From: Daphnia carinata
Lineage: Eukaryota
DNA: 64,000 nt
Direction of reading: 5' to 3'
Assembly (NCBI RefSeq): GCF_022539665.2
Contig: NC_081334.1
Location: forward strand, 744,001-808,000
The translations under genes and the position numbers were made by a program. Shown here piece by piece: positions 13,101-27,090 of the stretch (the first letter of the stretch is position 1; the number at the start of each line of letters is the position of its first letter). The notes below the pieces were generated by a model that saw nothing but the letters and a program-made list of their open reading frames with translations, was not told the origin of the DNA and did no database searches.

Positions 13101-16100
13101 TTCCAACGTATACATTTAAAAACATTATATATGACACTATCGCGTTTTGTTCGTTATATTATATGTTATATACGTTATATGTTCGTTTTGTTAAGATATA
13201 ATAACATTCATTTTTTAAAGAGGGGCTGATTAGCAAGACTGTATATGCAAACAGCGTTGTGTTGACACATTAGATGAGTGCAATCTAAACACACGACGAC
13301 GCGTTACTTTAGAATATGGGATCGCACACATAGGCTGGGACAGACCGCCTTACCGGCCTACGTGAACTCGTTGTCCATATATACGTGAATTTGCGCTAAA
13401 TGTTGGTTAAGCAACCGGAGATGACAGCAATCAGAAAATGTTGAAAGGCCCCAAATGCATCCGCTTGCAACTCGTTTAATTGCAGCCGTAGCTCTTTGAA
13501 CTTTTCTTAAAGTTCAGATCATATAGTAACAAGTTGCAGGGAACTGAGAGTCTACATATCTACGAGAGAGAGAGAGAGAGAGAGAGGGAAAGAGAGAAGG
13601 AGAGCAGTAAAATCACAAGGGCTCCAATGCAGACAACACAAACGGTTTTTGGAAGAAAGCCAGTCACTACTGACGTCATTGGCATTTCGCTGCAGCGCCC
13701 GTTTATCCGGTTGTCATTTGTTTTCTAAATTCTTACTATTGCCCTTAGTTTGCTTCACAAACTTCTATGCAGCCCTCGCCTCTGATGGCAACTTTTTTGT
13801 TTTCCATCACTTCCTTTTCCTCCTATCGTACATGTATGTATATCATCTTACCTATAGTTGCAATAGAAAGTATTCTTCCTTTAGTAATACTGTACATTTC
13901 ATTTTTCGTTGTTTTTTCCCAAAAAATAGGCCGAGTCTTGATCGTCTTAACTTTAATACCCATACATTTCGCGCTGTAAAAAAAAAAAAAGGTCTGATTC
14001 ACTCTAGTCGACACGTCTAGCTAAACAATTCTATAACTATAAATGTCTCACAAGGAGTGGCATTCATATGGAAATGCCGGTATAGACAGTGCAGATGTTC
14101 GGTAATTTAAGTCTCTGTCAAATGAATAGCGATTTCATTCGTCAGTGTAACAAACTACAAGATTTGTTTTATCTATTTAATCAAATTTAAATTGCGTATG
14201 AAATTTGGCGAGGGTCTACTGGACGTCAACGGACACTGCGCAACACGTCCCGATGTAGTCCTGCAAGATCGAAATATTCAAGTCATGTCAGGATACTGTT
14301 TTACTCAGTCTTTTTAATGCTGCTTTAATTCGTTTCTTTCAAAGCGAGCACTTTTAATGCAAAAGCGTTTCGATAAAAAAAAATATTGGCGGATGTTCCT
14401 TTAAAGGAAACACAGACGACAAGCTGTATGCAAATATGGCGGCGTTTCGATTATGGGATTGTTCAAAATCGATCTTTTTGCTTTTGAGCCACTTGTTTTT
14501 CCTTTTCTTTGCAGGGCGCTGTTTCTCTTTCAACAATGGAAGTTTATATTTTTCTTAAGCCTTACTCCTTGGCGATCTGTAAAAACAAAAGATTTGCGTA
14601 ATGATCGTAAGTCCCACCCCGCAGCTTTTGCGTATTAGTTATGGAAAATATTGTACCCATCCTATCTGTATAGCTAGAGGCCAAACCATTTTCGACCATT
14701 CCTTCTAAAACCAAGGTACAAACTATATTCATTAAAAAAAGTATTCCGATGTGAGTTACATCGCCATCTCGTAGACTTTTCGGTTTTAAAATCAAACCAA
14801 CTTTGGACGTAAATTCGATTTCGTTTGCAGCTCCTTCGCTGCGTGAGTCCATTGTCTCATATTAAAAAAAAAGGGAAAAAGAGATTGTTCACAGCGGTAA
14901 AATAATATATTGCGGTTAAAGAGAAAGAACGAGTGTAACAAAAGCGACTTTGATTAAGAAACCCTGTGCTGACGTTGTAATCGTGATTCTTGCGGCCTCT
15001 CAACAGGATGTAAAAAAAAAAATAAATAAATAAAAATCATTAGATTGATAACATGACGACCACGATGTTATATTGATAAAAAGAACATACATATAGAGGG
15101 CAAAGAAGGAGCAAGGTAAAGAAACTAGTCACGGGCACCGTTTTTTGTCGTATGCGTGAAAGCTTAAGGGGCAGGGATGTGCGTCATTGGTGGGGCGATG
15201 CGATCAATATTTAAATAAAAATTGCTTGCCACCACGGAGTCGCGGCTCTATGATGTTGACTAGTTACTAGTTGCCCGTGTCGGTTCAGCGGAGCGAGAAA
15301 ACCAATTCACCAAACCGTGCACGTATACATCAACTGGTCAACTATTTAACACCTTTACCAAAGCTTTGTCCTATTTTTTCATTTTGGGTCGCTCCTAAAT
15401 TCGTGGTATTTGATGAATTTTGTTGTTGTGGTCGATCATTTTTGAACGAACGCACATTTGCAAACAGTGCTTTTCGTCGTTCGATGTTTCCGGTTTTTAA
15501 GTGACCTGAACAAACACCGGAACATTCAGTCCTGGTCAGACCAAATGAATTACGAAATGAACAACTACGAACAGGCAGAAAACAACGCGTTGGCAGTCCA
15601 AATTGGTTGATGTGACTTTCAATGAATGGCATTAAAAATATATATTCGATAGTTGTTTATATTAACTAACCAGTATAGATCAATGCCCAATTTCAGATTG
15701 CCCATAACATCAGAAATCATGTTATTAAACTTCAATTCTCTATCATCATCGTTCTGATTGACATTTTGTGTGTCTACCTAGCAATTGTGAACAGTTTAAT
15801 AGATTTTTCTAGGTTGATTAGAAAAAAAAAGTAAAAAAAAAAACCAAGGGCAAAGAATCAACGTTGAGGACATTGAAGATAGGTCGAGTTGAAACCCTGA
15901 GGAGAGAAGCGATGAAACAGAGCGGCAGAAACGGGGAACGATAGCTTCATGCAAGATAAAAATAACCGTGGGCGGGCAAAAAAAAAAAAAAAATGGGAAG
16001 GAGAGCGAGCAGCATACAAAGCCCAGGAGAGAGAGCGCCCGCACCAACGAAGATCAATACAAACTGTTGGTTGAATCTTGCGTCGTCATCTCTCGGTTCC

Positions 16101-17695
16101 CGTTTCGCTGTTAGAAACTCGCGCCCGCGCACTAAGTTTGATGTATCCTTCTCTATACAGCGCTATAGGTCGTTTATTTTTTTTTATTTTGCAATTGATG
16201 ATATGTAATGTTTTATGATCGACTATGCACTTTGAAAATGTCAGAAAAATAGGTAGATGAAGAGAATCGTAAAAAAAAAAAAAACGTGATCCGAGATTGC
16301 AAATGGCAATCTGTATAGTTCGTTATGACGAAGCGCTTGGGCATAAAGAAAAAAACGCTTTTTAGGATAAGAGATGACATGATGAAAAGGCGTCAGGAAA
16401 ATAGTTCGTTTATTTTTAAGTGTTTAACGAAACACCCCGTAAGAATTGGAAATCGCTTTGGGCGCAAACTTTTCAGTTCAATTGTTATCACAAACTGATT
16501 TTCCCTGTAAACCTCCAGGCCAGTTAGGCTGTTATTGATTTTGAAGAGTTATCCCTTTTTTTTTTTTTTTTTTAAATATGAGTGGGCCACAAAGTGTTCT
16601 CTAGGACCTCAAGATGCTAATGTGAAGCACGTTGATGTTTCATCTTGGCTTAATGAAAAGCTGCCTGTCGTTTTTAGTTGAAAAGCTAGTTTCATTTGCA
16701 TCCGTGAAAGCCATTTCATGAGTCTTACGCAGTCCCAACATGTCTAACGAAAATATACGATGCATAAAAGCAGGAAAGCAAGTAGAAATTTTATTCTTAT
16801 CGTTACCACAATTGCAAAGCTTGGAATTACAATTGCAAATGGCGAGCAGTTATGATTGCAGTGTAAAATGATGGCTGAAAAGCAAACGAGACGAAATATT
16901 AAACCAAACCAATTATCTCGTTGATTCAAACAGAGTGTCCACCGGCCGAGGACGGAATGGAGCGCTTCGCGTGTCCAACGCCCGACATTGTTGGTCGCTA
17001 CCGATGTATCGACGATCACGTCCTTTGTGATGGTTTCATCGACTGCCCTGGCGGTGAAGATGAAGATGGTCAGGCCTGCATGTTCTACAAAACGGTAAAC
17101 TTTGCTTTCTTTTCTTATCGTACTTTCATTAAGCAGATATTCCTCCCCACCTCCCAGGAAGATTTTGAAATGTTCAAATGACCCTCGTTGCTATTAGTTT
17201 TATTTTTCCCAGGGATTTTTAAGACTAAGGCCAATGATTCTCTGATTGCGTGGGGTATCATCAGGATGGTTGATGAAGGCTGATGGTACCTAAAAATACT
17301 ACAACCCTATATAACAGACGTTGGTTAATGTAATCGCAGAACGCATAACAGTTTGCCAGGGGTTTTACAGTTTCAATCGCAAGAGACCAATAGCATCCTT
17401 CCGATAAACGAGAATTATATCTATCAAATGTTCTTTTTGATCATTTAAAAGTCCAATATTTATGCCAACTCTGTTTTTACATTCACCGCCATATCAAACG
17501 TTTAACATTTAACACTGTCGATGAAAACGCTATGTAGCTAAACGTATCGTTCGTTGTATATCTTTGATATAGTCATCGAACAACTGCTTTAATGCCACTT
17601 CAATACATGAATGAATTTTGTATGCATTTCAACAGATGAAAGCACATTTGGATCTCGTCGCCGATGCCCTCTTACGATGGGTAAGGGGTCGTTAA
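10186..17695 (+). CDS. jeb: Jelly belly-like secreted LDLa-domain ligand; 3 coding exons 10186-11407, 16934-17094, 17636-17695
   Basis: GT-AG joins give ...RQYDVPIIE-CPPAEDGMERFACPTPDIVGRYRCIDDHVLCDGFIDCPGGEDEDGQACMFYKT-MKAHLDLVADALLRWVRGR*. I recognise this as the Jeb C-terminal LDLa module and tail. Also an N-terminal hydrophobic signal-like stretch (AALIGLLILGL) and a polyQ tract. Confidence 0.92.
13564..13587. repeat. (GA)n microsatellite in jeb intron 1
   Basis: Direct reading. Confidence 0.9.
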
Positions 17696-19879
17696 ATCGT
17701 CATAGTACGACCGTCGCTGTTTCTCCTGGAATCAATTGAGTTGACCGTTGCACCATTTGACTTTTCTTCTTCTCTACTTTAACTGAACACATAAAAAAAC
17801 AAAAAGAAACAAAACTATATCTCTTCATTAAACGAAAAAGATATTATAATATTCTATATGTACAAAACAAAAAGAAAAATCAGAAATGTGTTTAGGAGAC
17901 TTCTATCATTCCCTCATATGTCATATCTCTTGACTCCTCGCGTTATGAATCCACACATCTAAACATTCCAAAAACAACAACAACAATAAGTAAACATAGA
18001 TTTCCATCATGTTAAAAAAAAAAAACCAAAGAAAAACACGGCACTGCATAATGAAGACAGGACCTGGACAAGGAGTGAAGATGCATGGAAAGCAAACGCC
18101 AAATGAAGTGCGACTCAGGGAATGAACAAAAACCCATGGCCAATTCACGATATGTAAAACTCAAGTAGATAGGTACCGGTATAGTAAAAAAAAAATAAAT
18201 AAATAATAATAAATAATCTTGGCGGATTTAAATGTAGGTCATCAAGAGGGAATGAAAAGTTGAATCAACAAACAAAGCGTTTTGCGTAGGCCTTGTTTAA
18301 CCAGCCGTTTCTATTCCAAGCGTTATTTTTTGCAAGCAGGGCAAAGACCAGAATATTCGTAGACACTTAAAGGTTCGACATCCCTTCCTCGCGGAAAACG
18401 GGCGCTGGGGTTATGACCTTTCCACAGTTTCACGACGTCCTTCTTCCAATATTTTATTCTGTAACGTTAATAATTTGGGGCAATACTTACGCTTTTTACG
18501 CCTTAGACCCGATCCAACGGCCGATCTTCTTTTTTTTTTCGTCACGTTTAGCACCGTTTCCCCCTCCCCCCACCCCGCCCTCTTCAATTTATTCTGTAAA
18601 TCGAAAATTAAAAAACTAAAAAGCAACAAAACAAGAGATCGCACATTGCTTCACGTGGTACTTATGTTCAAGAATCTATTTTCATTCCAGAAAAAAAAAA
18701 TAATAATGAAAACTTAATTTTTTTATTTTCACGCCACGAAAAAAATAAAAAAACGTAAAAAGAACAAGAGGCAGAAGTGAAACACGAGAAAAAAGCCAAA
18801 AAAAAATAAATAAATAAAAAAAAAAAAGGAAGAAGAAGAAAAGAAAAAGCGTGATATTTATACATCTTGCTGACAATCTCCGCTTCGTTCGTGTTCTTTT
18901 TATTCGTTCTTTAGTTCACTTCCCACAAAACACTGTGCTCCTCATATTTTATTATTCGTCTTTCATAATTCACACATTTTTCCACTGTAGTTCGTTACAG
19001 TCTCGTTGCATCTTGAAATCCGATCAGCAGAATTCCCGACTTAAAGAAAAAACACAAGGTTACGAACTGCAATCATTGCAACGCTTAGACGACGATGATT
19101 TTCAAACTTTCGCAGTAGGTTGTATCGTTTTTTCATTCACTAAATGATGCCGTTTAAGTAAAGTAAATGAGCCCTGATTGAACCTATCCCCCTCCTTCCC
19201 GAACCACAGAAATGTGCAAAACAACTCACCCTTTCGCAGTAACCCATCCAGTTATAAGACTATTTGGTCAACGATTCGATCAAATGCTCATGTAACTGGA
19301 TTGTCTGTTTCTGTCCGTTTTCTCCGCATTTGTAGAACACAAGCCACGTAACGTTGTGTTAACCAACTAACCCAGTCTGAAAAACCGTGTTAGAGCAGAA
19401 ATTTGTGGCCAAAGCTTTCAAGTCCTCGACAGGTTCAGTTAAATACCTTTTCTTATCAGCAATTGATGTGTTTGAAAGAACTAAGTCGATTACAATCGCG
19501 AAGTCTGCTGAACGCATTTCAAGACAAAAACAAACACACATTTTTTAAAGAGGATTTAAATCTTTTATTTATCTTAAACATTAAAGAGGTGTTTTCACAT
19601 ACGACTAGCATTAGATCACGATTGTCTCGACACAGACAATCTAAAATGTTTGTAACACACATACACACACACTAAACTGAATTTTCGTTCATATATTCGT
19701 TTTGGTTATAACGCTTTTTCACCTCTCTGTAATTCCTTCGGTATATTCAAAATAGCCATTTCACAATTCTACGCCCCAATGTTTTGATCATTTTCATTCA
19801 GAACCCAGAAAATATTCCAGCATTGTGTTTTTCAGTGTGAACCAATAGAAAGTTTTGTCCCTCATATTTTTCCTTTTTT

Positions 19880-19884
<5 letters not shown>

Positions 19885-19924
<40 letters not shown>
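19885..19924. repeat. (CT)n microsatellite
   Basis: Direct reading. Confidence 0.9.
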
Positions 19925-19930
<6 letters not shown>

Positions 19931-21495
19931 TATATATATGCATATAAATAAATATATAAATATATGGTTGTGATCTCGGTGAAAACAATTTGACGCTATC
20001 ATGGTTTTACTTTACGTTGGATATCCTTTGCTCCACAAATTTTGACACGATTTAATAAAAATAAATGGGGTGAACTACTTGTGCAGAGAACCAAACATGA
20101 GTTCTTGATTTGAAAAAAAACAAAACAAAACAAACAATTTCCTCAGTAGTGTAACCCCCTTTAAAAACAATCAATAATTGATCTCAAAGATTCATACTTG
20201 ACAATAACGGTGCGCTGATTTATGTCGCATGTATACTCTCAGTGTTGGAGCATTTCTCGCAAAGGAACCATTGAAATATATGTAACACGTAGCATTTTTT
20301 TCCTTTCGTTTTGTCTGTAAGCAGCAACATCTTCTGTCCTGTCTCTGTTGCCTTGGATTTTCAACCGTTCTGCAAAAGTATCGTCAAATTACATCCTTTC
20401 CGATATTCTTCTCGATGTCATCCATATACATAAAACATAACAAAAAAAAATTACGGTCAATACAAATAACAGCCAGATCCTCAAGAGACTGAAAATATCA
20501 TATTAGCATATATGTATTCTTAGAGGTATAAACAAAAAAAATGGTATACCAACTAATTTACATAGTTTTCTTTCACTTTTTTTTTTTTTTGCTTACCCTA
20601 ACTCTCTCCCCGGGTTTTCAGAAAAAAATCGTTGGCCTCGCATTGCTTTCCACTGGGGTTGATATTTTTCACAAACTGATGAGTATTATGCAAAAATGTT
20701 TTGTTTCCTTTCCTCCACTCCTTTTATACGGCCATGAAAATTTTTCTTACCCTGCCTCCTGTAGAAGGTTTACCCACCTAAGGCCATGACGAATTTCGTC
20801 AACGGTATTGTGCACCTACAAAAGTAAATTAAACATTCGTGTCTAAGCAAAATGCCATGAATATTCGGCCGAACAATCTGCGGAAAAGAGCTACTTCATA
20901 ATGCTACATTAGATGGCGCACGATTCGTCGTAAAAATATTGGGTGAATATTCGTGTAACGATGCTAACAAAACACCTGAGATCACCTGATTACTATCCTT
21001 AGAGAAATCATCGTCACGAGTGTGTTTGGCTTTCGCGCTTGTGACGAGATAGATCTCGATTAAACTAGTTTGACAAAAGTCACATGATGTCGAATAATCA
21101 AGTCAAATGAAACCGTGAAAGCCATGTTGTTGTTTTCGTCTGTTTTTCAGTTACCTTTGAGGTTCGCTAACAGTCTTTTAACTTGTGTTGACACATAGTT
21201 CTAGTTGCTTGTTATTGCACCAAGGAAGTTGGCCAAACTTTGTCAAAAAAATATTTTTCTCTTCTTATTGTCAACCAAAGACAAGTTAAACTCGTTTCGC
21301 TCGAGTGCAAGTTGAACAGAAGGCTATTACAGTACATCGTTTAATAGTAAAAGACGTAGTATGCGTGAACCGTAATCAGGCCAATGAGAAAAATGAGTCC
21401 AAATCATATTGAAATTGGTGAACGAGAATTGGAATAATAAGAAGCTAAGCTTGAAGCATTTAAAAAGTTAAAGTGCTTTTCTTGATTGTTTGAAA

Positions 21496-24400
21496 ATGAG
21501 TTCAAGTATGCTTGACAGTGCTTTCGAGAATCCATGTTTCGTTCCCGATTCTGAACTAACAATTCCGTCAGAATCCAATTCGGATCAAGAAGAACATCTA
21601 CCTGATTCTTATGTGGATCAATTCGAGTGCAATTCCTCACCGAACAACAGTGAGAAACATTCGGTGGAACAAGAACATTCAGCACTGCCTAGAACGAGTA
21701 TCAGTACCACTTCGAGTGCCCCCTTGGAACACCTCGAAAATTTTCTTAGCGATGCTCGTTCAAGTTTGGACGAGTCTCCAGTTGATACTTTAAGAAGGCT
21801 CAGCATTGTGAAATTTGATACACAGCAAGAAGGTTATCCAAGGTATTGTTAGAATTGTTTATTGTAGCATATAGATTTATTGTTGATGTTACATCAAAGG
21901 AATTGTTATGTTGGCTTTCTTTAAAAAAAAAAAGATGCTAACACTAAATTGCGCTATTTCCATTGCCTTTGAAATGATTGGCAGCAGGTGAATTTTATAT
22001 TAGTGATGTGATTCTATTTGGTAACAAGACCTTCAGACATTGATAACTAGCGTTTTAATGAATTAAAGTGCCAGCAACAATTGCGTGTGCGAAACCAAGG
22101 CTTCTGATTGTGTACAAGGACTGAAGCAATGAGCAATCGATCGGAACTATCGATACAAATATATATTTGATTTTGGTTGGATAATGCAGATCAGCGTTCA
22201 TTTGGAAACTCGATCGCTTAATGCAAAGCTTCCCTGTAAATCTTCTGACAACGCTCTGCATCTTGTCCGACCTGGGCGTTGTTGTTGCAGACGTCATTGT
22301 TAACAGGTAAATCAATGTCGAAATATTTTCAATTTCACTCATTTTCATTAATTGTACCGCAATTTGCATGCAGTCTGATATACCAGATTGAAATTTCCGG
22401 AAACAAGGGTGGCAATACGGAAGGATCAAGAGTTATCTATGTTCGAGATAATTACGTCATAACGGATTTTATTTTTTCTGTCTATCTGCTCATCGAGCTT
22501 CTTCTGCGTATCGTCGCCGTAGGGTAAAATTGCGAATGTGCCACTTTAATCTTCATTTTTCTGGTCAAGCTAAAGGGAAACGTAATTCTCATGACGGTTA
22601 TGTTTTGCTCGAGAAAAGCAATCATTTGATTATGCGTCCATGATAATTTCGGTTCACTCATTTTCCATCGATGTAGCAATCTAATGTTTTCTTTTTTTTC
22701 AATCAAATGCATTAGATTAATTCCTTTTGTTCAACAATGGCACAACGACCTGGATGCCTTGGTGACCTTCTCCACCTTCATTTTTTCCTTGGTGGACGTC
22801 ATCGTTGATGACACTCCCACATCCAACGGCTTACAGTAAACTTCTGTTTTTGTCCCATGCTTACTAATTCATTGAAACCATACATTTTTATTATATATAA
22901 TGCACCTAACGTTTTTTTTTTAACAGATACCGGTATTATTTTTCTACATAAGACGACCACCTCTGTAGAGGAAGTCGCAAACGGGCACAAAAAAATTGTT
23001 TTTCTGATCTAGTCTATATACTGTGTGGTGGATTGAGTAGGCTTCTACAAACTGCTAGACTGTGCCGCCTATTCAGAATTGTTCGTGTTTTCAGAATTTA
23101 TACGATGCAAAGACGATTAGCTAATGCAGCTCGACTAATGGTTTCCAGAAACAAACGCAGGTAAAAATATATAACACTATCCGCGTAATGCCTCTTGCAT
23201 GCTTTTCAATTTTCGGCCGTTAAGGTATCAACACGATGGCTTTGATTTAGATTTAACGTACGTCACAGGTAAATTCCTTTTCGGCATTTACATTTTAAAT
23301 TATTATTTAATTGAAATGACTTCTTTGACAGACAAAGTCATAGCCATGAGCTTCCCGTCATCGGGCAAGATGTCATTCTATCGAAATCCCATATCTGTAT
23401 GACGATGAATTCATTTTTGGCTTGAAGGCGCGATAATTATCGCAATATTGATATTTGAAAACAGGAGGTTGTCCGACTGTTGGACACGAAACATCCCAAT
23501 TGCTACAAGGTTTACAATTTGTGCAGCGAACATAGTTACAATCCATCGTATTTCCACGGCCGAGTTGCACATTTCCCAATTGACGACCACAACGTGCCAA
23601 CTTGTAGGTAAATGAAACAAATAATAATAACTCCTTAATTATAGGTACAATGAAAATATGTATTTTTCGTAAATAGGCAAATGATTGAATTCACCAAAAG
23701 TGTACGCAACTGGCTGGAATCAGATCCCAATAACGTGATTGCCGTTCACTGCAAAGGTTAATTAGTTATTTAATATTTGTATTGGGAAAAAAAATCTAAT
23801 TGCATTTGGCCAGGGGGTAAAGGTCGAACAGGAATGATGATCTGTGTCTGGCTAGTGGAAGCAGAACTTTTTCTTAAGGCAGAAGATTCGCTCGTTTACT
23901 TCGGATCACGCAGAACAGATACTCGATACGGTCATGCGTTTCAAGGTGTAGAAACGCCCTCGCAGAGCAGATACGTCAGATATTACGAACGAATCAAAGA
24001 AAACGGAGGTCATTTACTACCAGATAAAAGGCTTCATCTACGCAAAATACGCATGGAAGGTGAATCATTAAATCACCTCTTTTCGTGCCCCTCGTCAAGT
24101 TTTTGCAATTCACCTCTTCATTCTTACAGCGTAAATCTCAAACGAATTACTAAATCTTTTTCTTAAAAGAGTTATTAACGTTTCGTGGAAAGTTTATAAA
24201 GACCACCGAAAACACTTGCCAACAAATCATTACAGTTTCCCCATGATAAAGGAGTTAAGGATGAACTTCAGTAATGTGAAACTGTTAAGGTTTAATGAAC
24301 TAATGTAAAAGTGTAGAACTTTTGCAAGTTGGGGCGTGTTACCACGTGCGGGCGTGTGCAATGGGTGGGAGGATGCTGTCATCGTCTTACTAATGATGTA

Positions 24401-25536
24401 TATTTAGTTCAGGTTTATAGTTATAGCGATTGACCGAACACAAAGTTCCCGTCCACCGGAAGCCATGTACGTTATTTTTCTATCCTTGACGTAATTTAGG
24501 TATTTCACGTTTGGGTAAAGGCGATGGCTCTGATTTCAGCGTGGAAGTTTACGTCGGCCGGGATTCATCTCCCGTACTGCAAGCTGATTTTCGGAAACAA
24601 CATTGCTGTCAGGTGAATACCCAAAACATATTTATCAGAAACACGATCAACTCGCATATCTCTTAAATGTCAAGGGCGAACTATTTTACGTAGAAGAGAA
24701 AAATGTTGTATATCGCTGTAATTAGAGCTGACTAGTAAAAAATGGGGTTGATGTTCTAATGAAAAATCACCATCTTCGTGTCGATTGTGTTTCTGCGTGA
24801 TAAAGTTTAGAAGCTTTTCCAAGATTTCGTCCTATAATAACCCAAGTTCGATCTTGTACGCGTTCCAAATTCTTTGATGAATCTCGATGTTTGTCAATAT
24901 TTTTTAGACGATTTTCCTATCACGCGAGGAGGCTGTCGAATGTTTGCTCAACAAAGCTCCACCGATTCACGGCGACGTGCGAATCATAATCCGGCATCGA
25001 TCGGTATATAATTATGGAGTTACTATTCACGCTAAACAAAGGATAACCTTGTGGTTTTACGTATACTTTTTTCTTTTTGCATTTCAACTTCCTCTTCATG
25101 TACCCCACGCGAACAATTCGGTGTAATTTCAATGTGAATGTACGCCGATCAGAGAAGTGTGCCCAAGGGCTACATGAACGCCGTTCTCTACTTCTGGTTC
25201 AACTGCAGCTTTGTGGAAAACAACAGGTGCGTAACAGAAAAACATACCGCCATCATAGTTGTACGACGTCATGCGAATTTACTTGGCAGCATTAGAATTC
25301 ACCTATTTGAATGTTATTCTTCCAATAATTGCGTATATTGTAATTGAAAACTTTTTTGGGGGGCGTATTTCAGGCTACGATTAAAACGTGAAGAGTTGGA
25401 CAATCCACATAAATCAGAAACGTGGCGTTATTTCACTCCCGATTTTGCTGTGCAACTAGACTTCAGTGAATGCAATCGAACGGATGCTGATGCGAACGTA
25501 TCAACAACACTACCTGAACTTTTTTTACAAGATTAG
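21496..25536 (+). CDS. TPTE: Voltage-sensing phosphoinositide phosphatase (VSP/TPTE family): voltage sensor S1-S4, PTEN-like phosphatase, C2 domain; multi-exon
   Basis: Spliced exons give S1 ([18 protein letters not shown]), S2 ([17 protein letters not shown]), S3 ([17 protein letters not shown]), S4 ([16 protein letters not shown]) and linker [21 protein letters not shown]. Also IDDHNVP, catalytic HCKGGKGRTG, GVETPSQ and C2 tail REELDNPHK. Start codon is the first ATG of exon 1 and is less certain. Confidence 0.92.
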
Positions 25537-26812
25537 TTATGCCATGCCCTTATTTTTTTCCATTTTACCTTATACGCATATGTTTATTTTTAATGTCAAC
25601 GACATTCAAAAGTGAAACGGAACTATCAAACGTTATAAACGCACGTGAAAACTGCACACAGAAAGCAATAATATAAATTTGCGTGCAGCCTAGTTCCTGA
25701 TGTCCATGGCTATGTCCTGTCGCTATGTGTGAGATTCGGTTTGAAAGGTTTATTCGGATCTGCGGTGTGGTAAGGAATACCTCTATGCAAAATACATTTC
25801 AATTGTTTCTCACATTTTGCTTTCCGCCCTTTTTCTATTTATTTATATTTTTAATGGTTGTTGGGCGTACTGCACTATTCCAAGGACATCGCAAAATAAC
25901 ATAGCAACGAGACAAGAATTGGCGTTCTAACGTTAAAGTATGAGATAATAATAACCAATTAAAGGTCAATCCCCACCATCGGTTGTGCTACAAGCCAAAG
26001 AATTAAAAAAAGTGCCGTGTGGCCTTGGCGTTAAAATAAATGTGCGTATACTATTACATAACTTGTTATTGTCTTTGGAATTTGAAGCCTATTGGTACCA
26101 ATACTTTTTCATTGAATAATGCCCCATTTTATTTGTTTGGGGGTTTTCCTAGCAGTGTTATTACATGGTTTTCCCCAGATTACATTCAGGATAGACTTTT
26201 ACTGTAGCCACATTTCCCTTCCACAGTTCTGCAATGGATGAAGACTGCTTTCCCCATTCAGGTCACGCAGGTATGGACCTGCCATACCACTACAGTTTGA
26301 ATCTATTCGAGCATTTTGCCTCTATGTCCATCAGACGCTATTTCACTAATGTTATCAAACACAAATTTGCCAGTATTTTTTGTTATGCGTTTAATCATTA
26401 AGGCGGAATGAACATCGCATTAAGATACTTTACAGCTGAATGACTTAGGTTGATGGTGAAGTTCGACACAAGAGGCCAAAAGACCTTGAGCTTGACAGCT
26501 TTCTCTTTCAAAAAAAAAAAAAAAAAACCTTGAGGACTGGAGAGGGAGAGGGGGGGGGGGCTGTGGGTTACCTGCTTGATGCGGTTTCGCCCTTTTGATT
26601 TGTCGGCTGCAAACAAACGACAATAGATATTTAGAAAAAAAAGCCAACTTTGGAAATGACTCATCATTTTCAGTTATTGGCACATCCTGCAAAAAATAAT
26701 GAAGTGCTTTTTAAAGCTAACCAGCCATACATACATACGTTGGTTTAGCTCCGTAAATGCGGTCACCTGTAATCAAAAAAAAGAAGAAGAAGGACTTTTG
26801 TACACTCACCTT

Positions 26813-26941
26813 GGGAAAATCCCGAAGTCACGTGACTAAAAGAAAACTCGTTCTCATTGGTTCAACGAGCCTTTAAGCGTTGCGTGCATCCAGTATACCG
26901 GGTATAGACAGAGCTGGAGGTGAACTCCGGTAGTATATAAA
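26813..26941 (+). promoter_or_regulatory. Promoter of the clip-SPH gene: kappaB-like site GGGAAAATCCC (26813-26823), palindromic E-box AGTCACGTGACT (26826-26837), TATA box TATATAAA (26934-26941)
   Basis: Motifs read directly. The TATA box precedes a probable short non-coding exon ending at a GTAAG donor (~26996), with an acceptor at ~27075 just before the ATG. Confidence 0.55.
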
Positions 26942-27090
26942 CGCGCAGAGCATCTGTTGATTCAAAAGCATTCTTCTGCAGTACAAAACAAAGAGGTAAG
27001 AAGACGTTTGCATAGCACATGGCTTAACATTCGAATTAATTATTTATTTATTCATCACTTTGTTGATATTGGTAGCTGCAAAAACACAGA

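Noticed and set aside
21496..25536. Calling the phosphatase PTEN
   Set aside because: It has a four-helix voltage sensor and VSP-specific HCKGGK and ET motifs.
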